From Macrostomum lignano (lineage: Eukaryota), in contig NIVC01001312.1 in the NCBI GenBank assembly GCA_002269645.1, positions 54,301 through 118,300 of the forward strand: DNA of 64,000 nt, in the 5' to 3' direction. Position 1 is the first letter of the stretch. Every line of letters starts with the position of its first letter. Below are positions 22,082 to 35,134 of the stretch, one piece after another. The notes below the pieces were generated by a model. That model saw only the letters and a program-made list of their open reading frames with translations. It did not search any database and was not told the DNA's origin. Position numbers and translations under genes: made by a program.

Positions 22082-25000
22082 ATGGCGGCCATCTTTTTTA
22101 TGTGCATATATCTCCTACTAAGCTGCACATCCGGCCTGGACTTCAAGATAGGCGTGATCACGGAGGCCGGAAGCTTGAACGGCTCGCTCATCGACATCGC
22201 CTTCGCCAGACGGGTCAACTACAACTGGAGAGTGCTGCAGGGCCACACACTCTCATATGTGCATGTCAATGTGAGCTCGTGCAGCTCACACCAGGCTGTC
22301 AGGACTGGTGAGTTGAAGCATTTGCTACGCGACTCAATCGCTGCTCTGCTCAACCTGCTCAATCAATGCACACAATTGAAGCATGAATTGCACGAATGCA
22401 AGTGTGAGTGCGAGCTGTGAAACTGTGCATGTGTCTGTGTGTCTCGCTCCGCAGTGTGCTCGGAAAGCGGCCTGTCAGGTCTGATTGGCGTCGGCAGCTG
22501 CTCTCTGCTGGATGAAGTGAGCTCACTGAGCAAGTCTCTGCAGCTGCCGCTGATCGCCCTGCCGACTGGACTGTGCGACTCTGCTCGGCTGAGCAAAGGT
22601 AACTGAGATCGATTTCTGACATCTTGCCACCATTTCTATCTGTATTCGGTTTCGACATGAAATCACGCGGAATTGCAGACATGACCATCGTGGGCAGCCA
22701 CAGCTCAGAAAACATCGTCGCTGCAGCCGCCACCGTCCTTACGTCAGATTCCATAGTTAGCAGTGTGGCAGTTTTCTTCGATAATCTGCAAAGTGAGTGC
22801 TGTGAATAAAGTAAAATCCTAGATAGCTCCAATGTTTGCAGTATATTTACGGATGTTTCTTCTATCAAAGTTCAAAAAGTCAGACATAACTAAAGTCTAT
22901 ACTTGATCACTGTAGGCACAACAGTGCTGCAGAACCTGCAGTCCAGTCTCTCTTCTGCCGGTGTGAGCAGTCTCACATTCCGAGTGGACGACACTGTCAA
23001 CGCTTCTGTTACTCCTGACCTGGTGCACCACCTCAAGCGGCTGGTCAAGAAGAAAGTGTTCAAGCTGCTGCTGTTCGCCTCTCCTCGCAATGCTCTCAGT
23101 GTGCTCAGGCTCGCCAGGGAAGCTGCAGTGATGCAGCAGAACTACTTCTGGCTCGTGCTCGACACCGGACTGTCCAAGGCCGATGTGCTCAGCGTGACGC
23201 CGGCGAACGCGAACGTCGCTCTGCTGAGAGGCAGCGTGTTCACCGAGTGCACAGCAGCAGTGATGGATGTGCTTCCTCATTGCCAGACGGACTGGCTTCG
23301 GGTGAGCGTTTCATGTGTGCTGCTTGATGGCTGCAGGGATTCATCATGCAGCTCCGCACGTGTGCAATGCATGCCACTGTCGCACTCGATCTCGCACTCG
23401 ATCGTCGCATTCGCATTCGACAGACTCTGGACGCTCGCTTCGTAGACGCCGTAGAAGCCATGGCCAAGGCGCTCACTGACTCGCTGCTGGATCCGGGATT
23501 CTCTCCCGGCAACGCCTCGTGTGCGCCACTGCGCCACTGGACATCGGGCTCGACTGTGCTCAACAGACTCATGAGTGTGAGTGAGCTCACTAGCTAGCAA
23601 GCATTGACAAGCATTATTAGTTTCGAGCTGGTCTCTCCCCAATCCCTACTCGATGTGCAGATCAGCGACTATGACACTCAGCGAGGCCTGATCTCGTTCA
23701 ACAGCTTGACCAGACACTTCAGCTCGCAACGAGTCGAAGTGGTCGCGTCCTACAATGAGCTGTGGTCGTCTCCGGTCTCGATGCTAAGGTCGGCTCAGTT
23801 CGATGCATCGAGCGGAGCTCTGAGCAAGCAGTTCCGCTACAAGGGAGTCAGTTTGGCATTCCCCAACACCTTCATGGGGTTCAAGAATGCTACAATTGTT
23901 ATTTGCACTCCTCAGGTAGCGTTGAACGAAAATATATAATGACTGGGTTGATAAAAACAACAATTCAAACGTCTATAGTGAATTTTTATAAATTTTAGAC
24001 TTCTCCAAAGACAGTCTTTATGGAGAAGTTTTTGAACAACACTGTTATTATATCCGGACTGACGCGAGACATTCTTGACATCTTGTCTTCAAGACTAGAT
24101 TTTAAGTGAGTTGTTCACTGAAATTCAGAAATTTAAATAATTATTTGTTCGATCAATTTTGATTGTTTTGTTTAAATGAAGGTTTATTACGAAAGACTCG
24201 GACGATGGAAATTGGGGCGCGCCGCAGGTGGGCTTGAGCTATTTTACTGGCTGTGTAGGAGAGCTTCAGAGAGGAGTGAGTTCGTTTCGCATTTGTGTTG
24301 TTTTGTGGAGAGCTTTGTGGAAACTTTGTGGTCAACAGTTATTATAAATGAAATATAATTGAATATTTGTTGAAACTTCAGATGGTTAACCTTTCTGCTG
24401 GACCATTTACAAAGACCGCCATCCGAGAGTCAGTGGTTGATTTTTCAACCCCTTTATTTCAAGAATCTAACGCCGTGCTGGTGGTAAAACCGGAGCCTCT
24501 TTCAAAAGCGTGGAACATTTTCATGCCATTCAGCTGGGATGTCTGGCTGGCCCTGGTCGGCTTTCTCGCGGTCTGCTCCATGGCAATGTGGCTATTAGCT
24601 TATTTCTGTCCATTCTCTGCCTACAACTTGGGCATGCAGTATGCAGTTGCTGACGAGCTCTGGTTGCAAGAGTACATCTGGAGCGCCATTGGAAGCTTTC
24701 TACAGCAAGGTCAGGACTTCTACCCATTTGCAATGTCGCCAAGAACTGTTATGTCTTTTTGGTGGATGTTTACCGTGATCATCTAAGGAGCATACACCGG
24801 TAGGTCTTTAAAAAACTTCGGCGTTTTTGGTGGTTTTGAGAATTATTTTGTTGAAACGATCGGTCAAAATTCGAAACCCTATTCTTTCTAGAGTGATGAA
24901 AGCTGGGGCGGTATTGAATTTTTAAGGATCAATAGTCAAAAAGCAGTACAATAAATTTTCACAGGCGATCTAACTGCTCACCTTACGGTTACTGTTACTG

Positions 25001-26004
25001 ACTATCCAATCAAGACACTGGCAGATCTAGCGTCACAGAGCCAGATTAAACCAGTAGTGAACGATGGAACCAATCTGTACACCCTGCTCACTGAGGCGCA
25101 GTCTGGTGTGTACACACAGATTGCGGACCAAATGCTTGTCATAGCATCCAACGCCGATTGTCCAAAGAAGGTCTGTTTCACAATATTCTAGATTAAATTT
25201 TTGTTTTTTTGATTTAACTTCATTTGAACAATCGGAAATATTTTTAGCCGCCAGTAAAGAGCGAAGCTTGCATTGCTGACTACACAACCTTGCTAGCCGT
25301 TGCGACGAAAAACTGCAGTCAGTACTACTTAGCTAAAGAGTTATTTAACACGGCGACTGTGGCATTCATGTATCCGAAAGATGCCTACTATGCTGGCCTG
25401 TTCGATTTTCAGTAAGTTGTGTTGGCTACATGCTGACTTTAAGGCAGGTTGTCTCTTGCATTACATAGGAAAAGAGATTATTTGAGTACAAATAAACACA
25501 GCAATGTAATTGGGGCCGATCAACAAACCAGTTGCCTATCTGACCCTCGCACACAATGGTACTCAGCTTCGATTTGTGCCTGCGTTACGAATTTGTGAGG
25601 CTTCCGGTCCACTGCCACCTTGATTTTCGGCAGAGCCAAATGCCCCCCCCCCCCTGCAAATTAAGGCCAGTTCACACATTGGCACTAATAGCTCCACTGG
25701 TCAAATAGTGCTCAAATCAAAGTGGTGTTGGTTCAAGACCCATTTTAAAACGAAATATTCCAGCATGCAGAAACTGCACGAGGCGGGGGTGATGAGGCGT
25801 CTATTTAATATCTACTGGTCCAGCGACCAGGACTGCGGCTCCAGCACATCCACAACGGATGCCGACAACATCGATATGGAAGGCATAGCGGGTTGCCTTG
25901 TTGTCACTGGGTGTCTGTATGCCATCGGGTTGCTAATTCTGGTGCTGGAATTGGCTTGGACTCGACTGTGCAACAAGAGACCGATGGACTGCGTACTGTA
26001 CTAG
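22082..26004 (+). pseudogene. iGluR/IR-like paralogue 4: 12 exons, 835 aa if read through, one in-frame TAA at 24784-24786 in M3
   Basis: Exons 22082-22307, 22455-22598, 22679-22792, 22916-23301, 23424-23576, 23661-23915, 23999-24105, 24182-24275, 24382-24799, 24965-25170, 25248-25411, 25764-26004. All splice sites are canonical. M3 reads WWMFTVII*GAYTGDLTAHL versus WWLFTVIIYASYTGDLTAHL in paralogue 2. The protein ends KRPMDCVLY*. Confidence 0.88.
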
Positions 26005-26178
26005 CCGATTCTGGTTCGGCTTGACTAGACTAAAAAAACTGATTTAAAAACAGTGTACCCCGACAGATTTTATGCCAGTAAAACAAAATACGCTCTCTGC
26101 TACTGCAAAAGCAGACTAATTGGCCTAATGGCACTTAAGCAGCAATCAAGAAGCAGCATTGCTGAAGAATTCATTTCT

Positions 26179-26359
26179 AGGCACTCATTTTAGCGCCACA
26201 GGCACTCATTTTAGCGCCACAGACACTCATTTTAGCACCTCAGGCACTCATTTTAGCACCTCAGGCACTCATTTTAGCACCTCAGGCACTCATTTTAGCG
26301 CCACAGGCACTCATTTTAACGCCACAGGCACTCATTTTAGCGCCACAGGCACTTATTTT
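26179..26359. repeat. 21-bp minisatellite (AGGCACTCATTTTAGCGCCAC), about 8.5 copies
   Basis: Direct tandem repeat 175 bp downstream of the paralogue 4 stop codon. Confidence 0.93.
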
Positions 26360-26399
26360 GTTAATCATTAACAAGTTATTGATTGCCGCAACGAGTCAC

Positions 26400-26498
26400 A
26401 AGGTGGGGTTGGGGGGACAAAGCATTGAAATGTCCCCCATAGCTTTTACTGGGAGACATGTCCCCCCTGTCACTCCCTCCCCGGTGGCGACGCGCCTG
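26400..26498 (-). mobile_element. Single terminus of a probable DNA-transposon-derived MITE
   Basis: Minus strand starts CAGGCGCGTCGCCACCGGGGAGGG and carries GGGGGACATGTC / GGGGGACA motifs typical of small DNA-transposon ends. No partner end was found. Confidence 0.35.
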
Positions 26499-26763
26499 GG
26501 AATGACGTTGGATGTGCTGAATGATCGAGCTTTGAAACTTTAGCGTAGGTTTTTCGTACTCACGATTTAAGACCTAATTTATAGCTTATAAAATTTATTT
26601 GCGAAACACGAGCGTAGTATAGATTGAATAAAATAAACAGATGTCAATGGATCTCTTTAAGTAAGTTTAAAGCTAGTGTGAAAACTTGTTTAACAAGTTA
26701 TCGATTTCGATTTAAAAAAGACACTACTGTAAAAACCTGAAAACAACCTGATTTCAACCAACA

Positions 26764-27308
26764 TTACCTCTCATCGCGGCAGTTACTTGTACTTTTACTG
26801 GGCAGTACGAGCTCGTAATGTTACCAGAGAACTTGACCATCGTTGGCATTGATCGATGACCGTCGAATGACCATCGAAAGTATTGTGGCTGCAGCTGTGT
26901 TGTTGTCAGCTTTGACTCAGTAAATTTATTGACAGTATTCTGCACTTTCCGAGAGAGAGCAAAGAAGTTTAAATTGAAATCAGGGTCGAAGCTACTTCGT
27001 ATACGAACCTTTGTATCCTAGGCTCTGTTTACTACTAAATAAAGATTACATGCAGTTATCAGTATGTTGGAAATGCACGAGACTGGCCTAATGTAGCGGT
27101 TTGTTAATGTATATTCGGCCAGCAATACGAATAATCGGTCTTGTGCAACTTCGCTGAGGCCATCCGATCAACTTAGAGGGCGTCGGTCGGTAGCGGTTCC
27201 GTCTACGTATTCTGCCTGTACGGTCAAGAGGCTGCTAAAGCCGTTGTTTGAGCTCTGCTGTACAAAGCTTGCAAGAATTTGCCGCTGAACTGTCGAATCT
27301 ATTGCTGA
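26764..27308 (+). pseudogene. Decayed fifth iGluR/IR paralogue: exon 2/3 remnants followed by a terminal-exon remnant
   Basis: TTACCTCTCATCGCG (LPLIA, end of exon 2); TTGACCATCGTTGGC...GAAAGTATTGTGGCTGCAGCT (exon 3, LTIVG...ESIVAAA); 27063-27308 reads MLEMHETGLM*RFVNVY...INLEGVG...ELCCTKLARIXPLNCRIYC*, with stops and frameshifts. Confidence 0.75.
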
Positions 27309-28263
27309 AACTAACTTGACTCTTTCAACAGGGGTTGCCAGGTTGATCTAAATGAAAGTTTAACATCTGCACCGCACTAAAATGCGTCTGTTTGAACAAA
27401 ACAGTTTGTTTAAATAATTAGGTTATTTAGAAATATTTGAGTTTTAATAATTAACTTTGAGAGATAAAATAAATAGAACAGTTAACATTTTTCGTATATT
27501 CGATACTGCTCCAGCACCAACACTACTTAACAGCGTATTGGATTTTGCTCATTCTATTGATAATATCATGTCTAACATTTATAATTACAGTTACCAATAT
27601 GATTTAAAAATAATATTGCTGTGCATTCAATGGCAATTATGTACAGTAAGCAAATTAAGTTTTGCCTGCATGAATTAAAAAAGCGCAATTGCATATCTAG
27701 CTGGGACTTTATTCGTCGCGCACAAAGTAAAAAATGACTGGAAAAGAACAGAAAACTTACAATACTGATGCAAAAATGCAACATGCTATACAAAAAAGCG
27801 TAGAAGAGCACCATAAAGGTTTAAAAAACAGCGTTTGTGATTTTTTGCGATTAGTAGTTGGTACACTGAAGTGTTGACTTACATAGCAAGTTCGACTGTT
27901 TTATGTACACAAACACTCGTATGTACATGACTTGGAGTTGGTTGGGCCAATCACAGCAGCTCTCAGTGACTTTGAGTACGGCTGGCAAACGCGCCCATAC
28001 AGCCAATCAGAATTAGGGCAGTGAGCAGTCTGCGACCAACTCCGGTTGCTCGGGTGAACTCAGCTGCGTTGATGAAGTAGCTCTGCAATACATACAACGA
28101 GAGGTAGTGTGGTTGACTTGATTTAATTGTAAGTTACGTCAAGACAACTTTTCCATCTCAATACAGGCCCAGACACAAATTATTTAATGCAGAAAACCTC
28201 ACCTTATCGATCAAGACAACCCCACTTAATTCATCTGGACAAACCCATCCCATCGATCTAGAC

Positions 28264-28565
28264 CAGGGCTCGGCAAACTCCAGCCCGTGAGCCACATGCG
28301 GCCTGCGAAGCCTCTCTATCCGGCCCTCGGGTTCTTTGAAGCTTTACAATAGCAATCCGGCCGGCTCGAGGCTTGTGTCTCTTCTCAGCTCTTTTCTGTC
28401 TTATCTCCTCTCTTATCTCCTCTTCTCTCACTTCTCGTCCTCTATTCTCTTCTGTTCTCTCTACTCTCTTCTCTATTCCCTCTTCTCTCTCTTCCTCTTC
28501 TGGCCCGCAGTCATGCTCTGGATTTTCTATCTTGCCCTGGAGGTAAAAAATTATTCCGACCCCTG
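28264..28565. mobile_element. hAT MITE of the same family as 13488-13930, complete, with 8-bp TSD
   Basis: CAGGGCTCGGCAAAC...ATTCCGACCCCTG flanked by ATCTAGAC / ATCTAGGC. Confidence 0.85.
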
Positions 28566-29129
28566 ATCTAGGCAAAACAACCGCTTTGATCCAAACAGCC
28601 CTAACCCATTGGTTTACATGTAGATACTCCAGTTGTCTGGGAAACCCAATCCCACTGATCTAGACAACCCCACCCTATTGATCAAGACCAATTCATCAAG
28701 ACGACCCTACTCGACCCTACCCCAGTCTACAAGGCATTGTTATGAGTACAAAACTATATTTTAAATCGTTCAACAAGCATAAGATTATAAGCCATCTCAC
28801 CCAGCCTCGAACAATCACAATGGGAGCAATGTGGCAGCAGAGCAGTTCGGAGCAACAACCGACAATGAGCCCCAGAGCCACAGCATTGCACTGCAGCACC
28901 GCCTTGGCAGCCAGTTCAGAGCAGAGAATCAACAGAAACGCTACGCGACATCGGACTGACTCAAAGCCGGTCAGATGATGGTTGAGACAGTGACGTAATT
29001 CGGCTTTACCTGATACTTGAGGCAGGCTCATCTGCGATAGTTCACGGGCGACAGTCGTGATGACTCTGGGAGGCTCAAATGCATTATACTAAAAATGGTC
29101 TGTCGGTATCTATCTAGGTCTAATACGTA

Positions 29130-29462
29130 AAGGGGTCGGCAAACTCGAGCCCGCGAGCCCCATGCGGCCGGCAAAGCCTCTCTATCCGGCCCTCGGGTCC
29201 TGTGCAATTTCACAATAGCAATCCGGTCCACTCAAGGTTTTTGTCTCTTCTCAGCTCTCTTCTCAATAATCTCCTTTCTCTTCGCTTTTCTCTCCTCTCC
29301 TATTCTTTTTATTCTCCTCTATTCTTATCTCCTTTATTCCCTCGCATCACCTTTCTCCTTTCTCTTTTCCCTTTATTACCTCTCCTCCCTCCCTCCTCTG
29401 GACCGCAATCATGCGCTAGGTTATTTATCTGGCTCTGGACGTAAAAATTTTGCCGGCCTCTG
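29130..29462. mobile_element. hAT MITE of the same family, diverged copy
   Basis: AGGGGTCGGCAAAC...GCCTCTCTATCCGGCCCTCGGG...pyrimidine-rich core...TTTGCCGGCCTCTG. Confidence 0.75.
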
Positions 29463-29631
29463 CTATTCAAGTGCAATTTCGTGCGTGTCCACATAGTATC
29501 CGTGTGCATGCTCAGGGGTCAGCAGAATGGACATGTACATGAATAACTGTTTGCCTCTTTGCTGGTTTGCGCAGTTGCCTAAAGCCCCCTACTTGCAAAC
29601 TGAATAACGACAAAGTAACAAAGCGCCATGT

Positions 29632-31036
29632 CTACAGTAGGGCCCGCTCGAGCCCTTCCCTGAACATCCAGCTCAGCCTCACCTCCCGAGCCCTCCTAGC
29701 GGCCGCGCCGCCAGCCCAGGTGGCGCCGAACTCGTCCGCAAATCTGGCCAATTTCCGCGCCAACCATCGAGTCTTGTCAGCGGCAGTGCGACCGCTACTG
29801 ACTTCCGGCTGGGGGCACCTGAGGCAAGTTATAGTTATAGCTTTTACTTATAGCTAGTTTTAGTTATAGCCATATTGGCTTGGATTTGTTCGGTAAATTT
29901 TGTAATTAAACCTTTCCCTTGTCGCCCGGAACAAGTAAAAGTAGTCTTAGCGTGCCTAAATCGAAAAAGAAATTTTAAATGGGGAATGTTACTCTTGCCT
30001 TATATTTGGCTACAGTTCCGTATTTAACTGGTAGTAGTTCCACTGTTTACCTGTATCCGCTCTATAAGAAATTTAGATTGAGTGCCGGGGCCACAATAAA
30101 TACTCAAATGTACATTGTTGACGCTCACTCCAACCCCCAAATACTCAGTTTTGAGTCTAGTCTGTCTTGATGCTAATTTTGAAGCCTAAACGCCCCTCTT
30201 TGTGGCTTAGAAGCAGAGAAGCTAATTTTAGCCGTGTGCTGCGTAGGTGAGGGGGCTTAATAAGAAAATAGTCGTAAATTTGTAAATTCATATCTTTCAC
30301 GACCTTATACTGGCTTCAGTTTATTCCATGGCTCTATAGGCCATGGGGCAGCTGCAAAGAGGCCATGGTTCAATTCAAAATCAAAGGAAAGCTGGTGAGA
30401 CGCCAATTCCCAAAGGGGAGATGCCAAAATAGGCTGAAAAGGAAAGCTGATGACTTAGACAGGAAATCGTGACATCAGTGATAGCAAATGATATCTTTGT
30501 TTTACACATCTAACAAGAAGCCAAAACAAATAGTTTTTTTAATTAATCGTTCATTGGGTGCCTCCCCAGAGGGGGGTTGTTATTGCTAGTCCACGTATAC
30601 TAAAACAAAACTAAATTTTAGCTCACCAGCCATCGCAGTCACAGTTGGCTTGCCGCATCATAAACAACGCCCTCTCTCGCACATCAGCGTTCATACTACT
30701 CAGCCGCTGCAACAGCATCAGTCTTAGGCTAAGCTTAGCTATATCCGCGCTGCGTTTCTCAACAGATCGAACTTGACTGACAGTGCGAGACTGCGGCTGA
30801 CTTGACGGTGTTCGCACGCGCAGCTGGGTCAGATTAAACGCCGAACTCCAAACCGACCCAGCAGTGCCGTCATTGTCATTGGTGACACTGGACATGCTGC
30901 TGTTATTCGCATAGGCGGTGCTGCGCAATCGACGACGCTTGAGTAGTAGGCTGCCTGACTGATTAGCAGGACTCGGCCTGTCGGGTGATACGCGAGCCTG
31001 AGTACTGTCGTTGTTGTTTCCATTTGTTTCAGACAT
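29632..31036 (-). CDS. Two-exon 198-aa orphan protein with a C-terminal BH3 motif (candidate BH3-only protein)
   Basis: Exon 1 is 31036-30627 (ATG, donor TG|GTGAGC) and exon 2 is 29818-29632 (acceptor TGCCTCAG|G, stop TAG). Phase 2 joins them in frame: ...ANCDCDGW/CPQPEVSSGRTAADKTRWLARKLARFADEFGATWAGGAAARRAREVRLSWMFREGLERALL*. Confidence 0.72.
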
Positions 31037-31146
31037 TGCTCCGGTTATGCCTGACTATTTATTGCAAGTCATGCGAGTTGAAAAGATTTCAAGTGTTTTG
31101 AAAGCACAGCTTCTCTAGCTCTCTGCCCTAGACTAGTTCGATCTTA

Positions 31147-31154
31147 TTTATATA
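31147..31154 (-). promoter_or_regulatory. Candidate TATA box of the BH3-motif gene
   Basis: Minus strand TATATAAA lies about 110 nt upstream of the ATG at 31036, with a GC-box-like GGGTGGGCGCGGG about 40 nt further upstream. Confidence 0.35.
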
Positions 31155-31690
31155 CGAGCGTATGTATGCACGTGCTTTGCTAGGAGGAGGGGTGGGCGCG
31201 GGGTTGAGACTTGACTGATGCTATTTTTAGCACTCGAAAACCCAGCCAAGAAGACCTGAGATACGGGATAAGAGTGGGGGTATGATCTAAAAAAAGAACT
31301 AATGTGATCATTTGTTAATTTAGCTCTAGCTGGTTTAAATGTGCGCTCGCACTCGCTAGCTATGCAAGATAGATATGGTGAGCTGAATTGAAAATTATAC
31401 TAGTGACGCGATATTCTCATATGAATGTCGTCAACAAAGCATGACCCTAATGTTCCTATTCGAATAAATACATGTACGTTTCCACTACAGCAGCAGCAGT
31501 GTTGTCTCTCAGTCTGTAAAGAAGCCACTTAAACGGATCAATCAATTGGACATTGCATTACTAACGCAAGTAATAACAAAACTAGTATATATGACAAAAC
31601 AAAATGACAAAACTTTGTCATTTATCATACAAAACTAGTATGACAAACGACAAAACTTAGTAATGACAAAACTACGACTGTATAGAAGAA

Positions 31691-31774
<84 letters not shown>

Positions 31775-31775
31775 G

Positions 31776-31822
<47 letters not shown>

Positions 31823-31837
31823 GTAGATAGATAGATG

Positions 31838-31878
<41 letters not shown>

Positions 31879-31879
31879 G

Positions 31880-31922
<43 letters not shown>

Positions 31923-31966
31923 GTAGATAGATAGATAGATAGATAGGTAGATAGATAAATAGATAA

Positions 31967-32013
<47 letters not shown>

Positions 32014-32074
32014 GATAGATAGGTAGATAGATAGATAGGTAGATAGATAGATAGATAGATAGGTAGATAGATAA

Positions 32075-32156
<82 letters not shown>

Positions 32157-32169
32157 GGATAGATAGATG

Positions 32170-32213
<44 letters not shown>

Positions 32214-32250
32214 TATCCATATATACCTATAGGTAGGTAGGTAGATAGAT
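31691..32250. repeat. (GATA)n microsatellite with GGTA interruptions
   Basis: Visible tetranucleotide run. Confidence 0.98.
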
Positions 32251-32764
32251 GGAAAATCCGCTCTGCATGTCACAACATGCCATGGGTTGGATTTCCCTAT
32301 TTCTTTCCAGGCCCAATAGTCCTCTCAACACCCCTTTAGCCAGACTATTTTTCACCCGCAGACAAAAACAAAGAGTCGAAACAAACAGCTGCCGAGTCCA
32401 AGGCAATAAAAATGTGGACAGAAGACACGCCTGTACAGACAGAGGGTCCGTAATTTGTCTCGGGTGACAAATAGTGCAAAAAGGACCCAGTTAAGCCAAG
32501 CCAAACCGATCTGCGGAACTTGTAAAGTCCGCTCTGCACTTAATTAGATCCGCTACTAAAATGTGGGTCTAGATAGGAAATTTGGAACAGCAAGGTAAAC
32601 AAGCGATAGCAAAATTCAGTCTGTTTTAAAAATTTGTTAAAAAACCATTTGCACAATTTACTTAAATGACAATCTGGACCGAATTAATATCCTGGCCCTG
32701 TGTTATCAAGTTAAAATACACTACGAAAATTAACTTAATCTGAAAAGCTGACTTCTACGAAAGT

Positions 32765-33585
<821 letters not shown>

Positions 33586-34081
33586 CTTGCCTGTAGTAGA
33601 AAAGCTTGTTAACTAGTAGAATCCAACCCGGTGAAAAAATTGTTCAATGTAATTCAAAATGGAATTGGCGGGTCACCCAGTGACTGGACAGTGTTACTTC
33701 ACCGGAAGTGTCACTCCTCACTAGTTGGCCACACCCAGAACGCCCAGTCTAGTCACGCAAAGGAGTCATTTTGAGAAACGTTATGATGTTACTATGCATT
33801 AATATAAATTTTATAAACTATAATTTTTATACCAATAAGGTTTGTAAAGAAAAAATTAATAAGCACATCCTGGCAACGGGCTTTGGCGTGCCGCATTTTT
33901 TAGTGATGAGCTAGCAGCTTAACGCTTAGTTGCTTGTTAAATTACGAATATACATATTATCGCTGTTTGCTTGCACTTACCTAGATCAGATTTCTTTGGC
34001 ACTGGGCCAAAGCTGGTACGACAGTCAGTGAGTGGGTTTTGTATGGGCGTGGTATATCAGAGAGCGGTGAAGCAGCAAATG

Positions 34082-34378
<297 letters not shown>

Positions 34379-34865
34379 CGCTATAACAAGCATAAGTAAG
34401 CACGCAATCAAAGGGCGTGACCGTTAGGTCGAGCTTAGTGAGTAATACGCCGGTTTCAGTGTTAGTTTTCAATTCAGCACAGAATTTAATGAGAGGAAAG
34501 CTGCCCCAGCCAGTCCACTTAGGCGTGGCGAAGTACGGAGGCTCAGGTTTCTAATTCAATGATATGTCTTCGAACGCAATGCATAGAATTGAGGCCTGGA
34601 ACATTGAAATTCTAGTATGTCTGCCTGAGGAGATGAGGAACTATCATTATTTTAAACTTATTCAGTAGACTTGGGGGTCTGGAATCCGAAACGGAAATAC
34701 TTTCGTTGAGCAACAAAATTGTTTGGAACTTCTCTGAAGCTTAGTCACATGTGCTGGCTGCCGCTGTTTTTGATACGCCACATATACTACTGCACCGCTA
34801 TCTGTATGATACAACGGTTTGAATTAATGAAGAGCAAAATAACACTGCGACCTTATGTTTACACC

Positions 34866-35134
34866 CAGATGCTGAGTGGCACTCCTCAGATGCTGAGTGA
34901 CACTCCTCAGATGCTGAGTGGCCACACCTCAGATGCTGAGTGACACTCCTCAGATGCTGAGTAGCACTCCTCAGATACTGAGTAGCACCCCTCAGATACG
35001 GAGTGACACTCCTCAGATACTGAGTAGCACTCCTCAGATACTGAGTGGCCACTCCTCAGATACTGAGTAGCACTCCTCAGATACTGAGTGGCCACTCCTC
35101 AGATACTGAGTAGCACTCCTCAGATACTGAGTGG
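34866..35134. repeat. 20/21-bp minisatellite (CACTCCTCAGATACTGAGTAG) with an internal CTCAG-ATA-CTGAG palindrome, about 13 copies
   Basis: Direct tandem repeat. Confidence 0.93.

Noticed and set aside
3799-26004. Stop-codon reassignment (TAG=Gln, TAA=Tyr) to explain the two in-frame stops
   Set aside because: TGA, TAA and TAG all serve as true terminators in this window (paralogues 1/2 TGA, paralogue 3 TAA, paralogue 4 and the BH3 gene TAG), so the standard code applies.
28742-28978. 78-aa plus ORF between two MITEs
   Set aside because: No recognisable motif or exon boundaries; low complexity.
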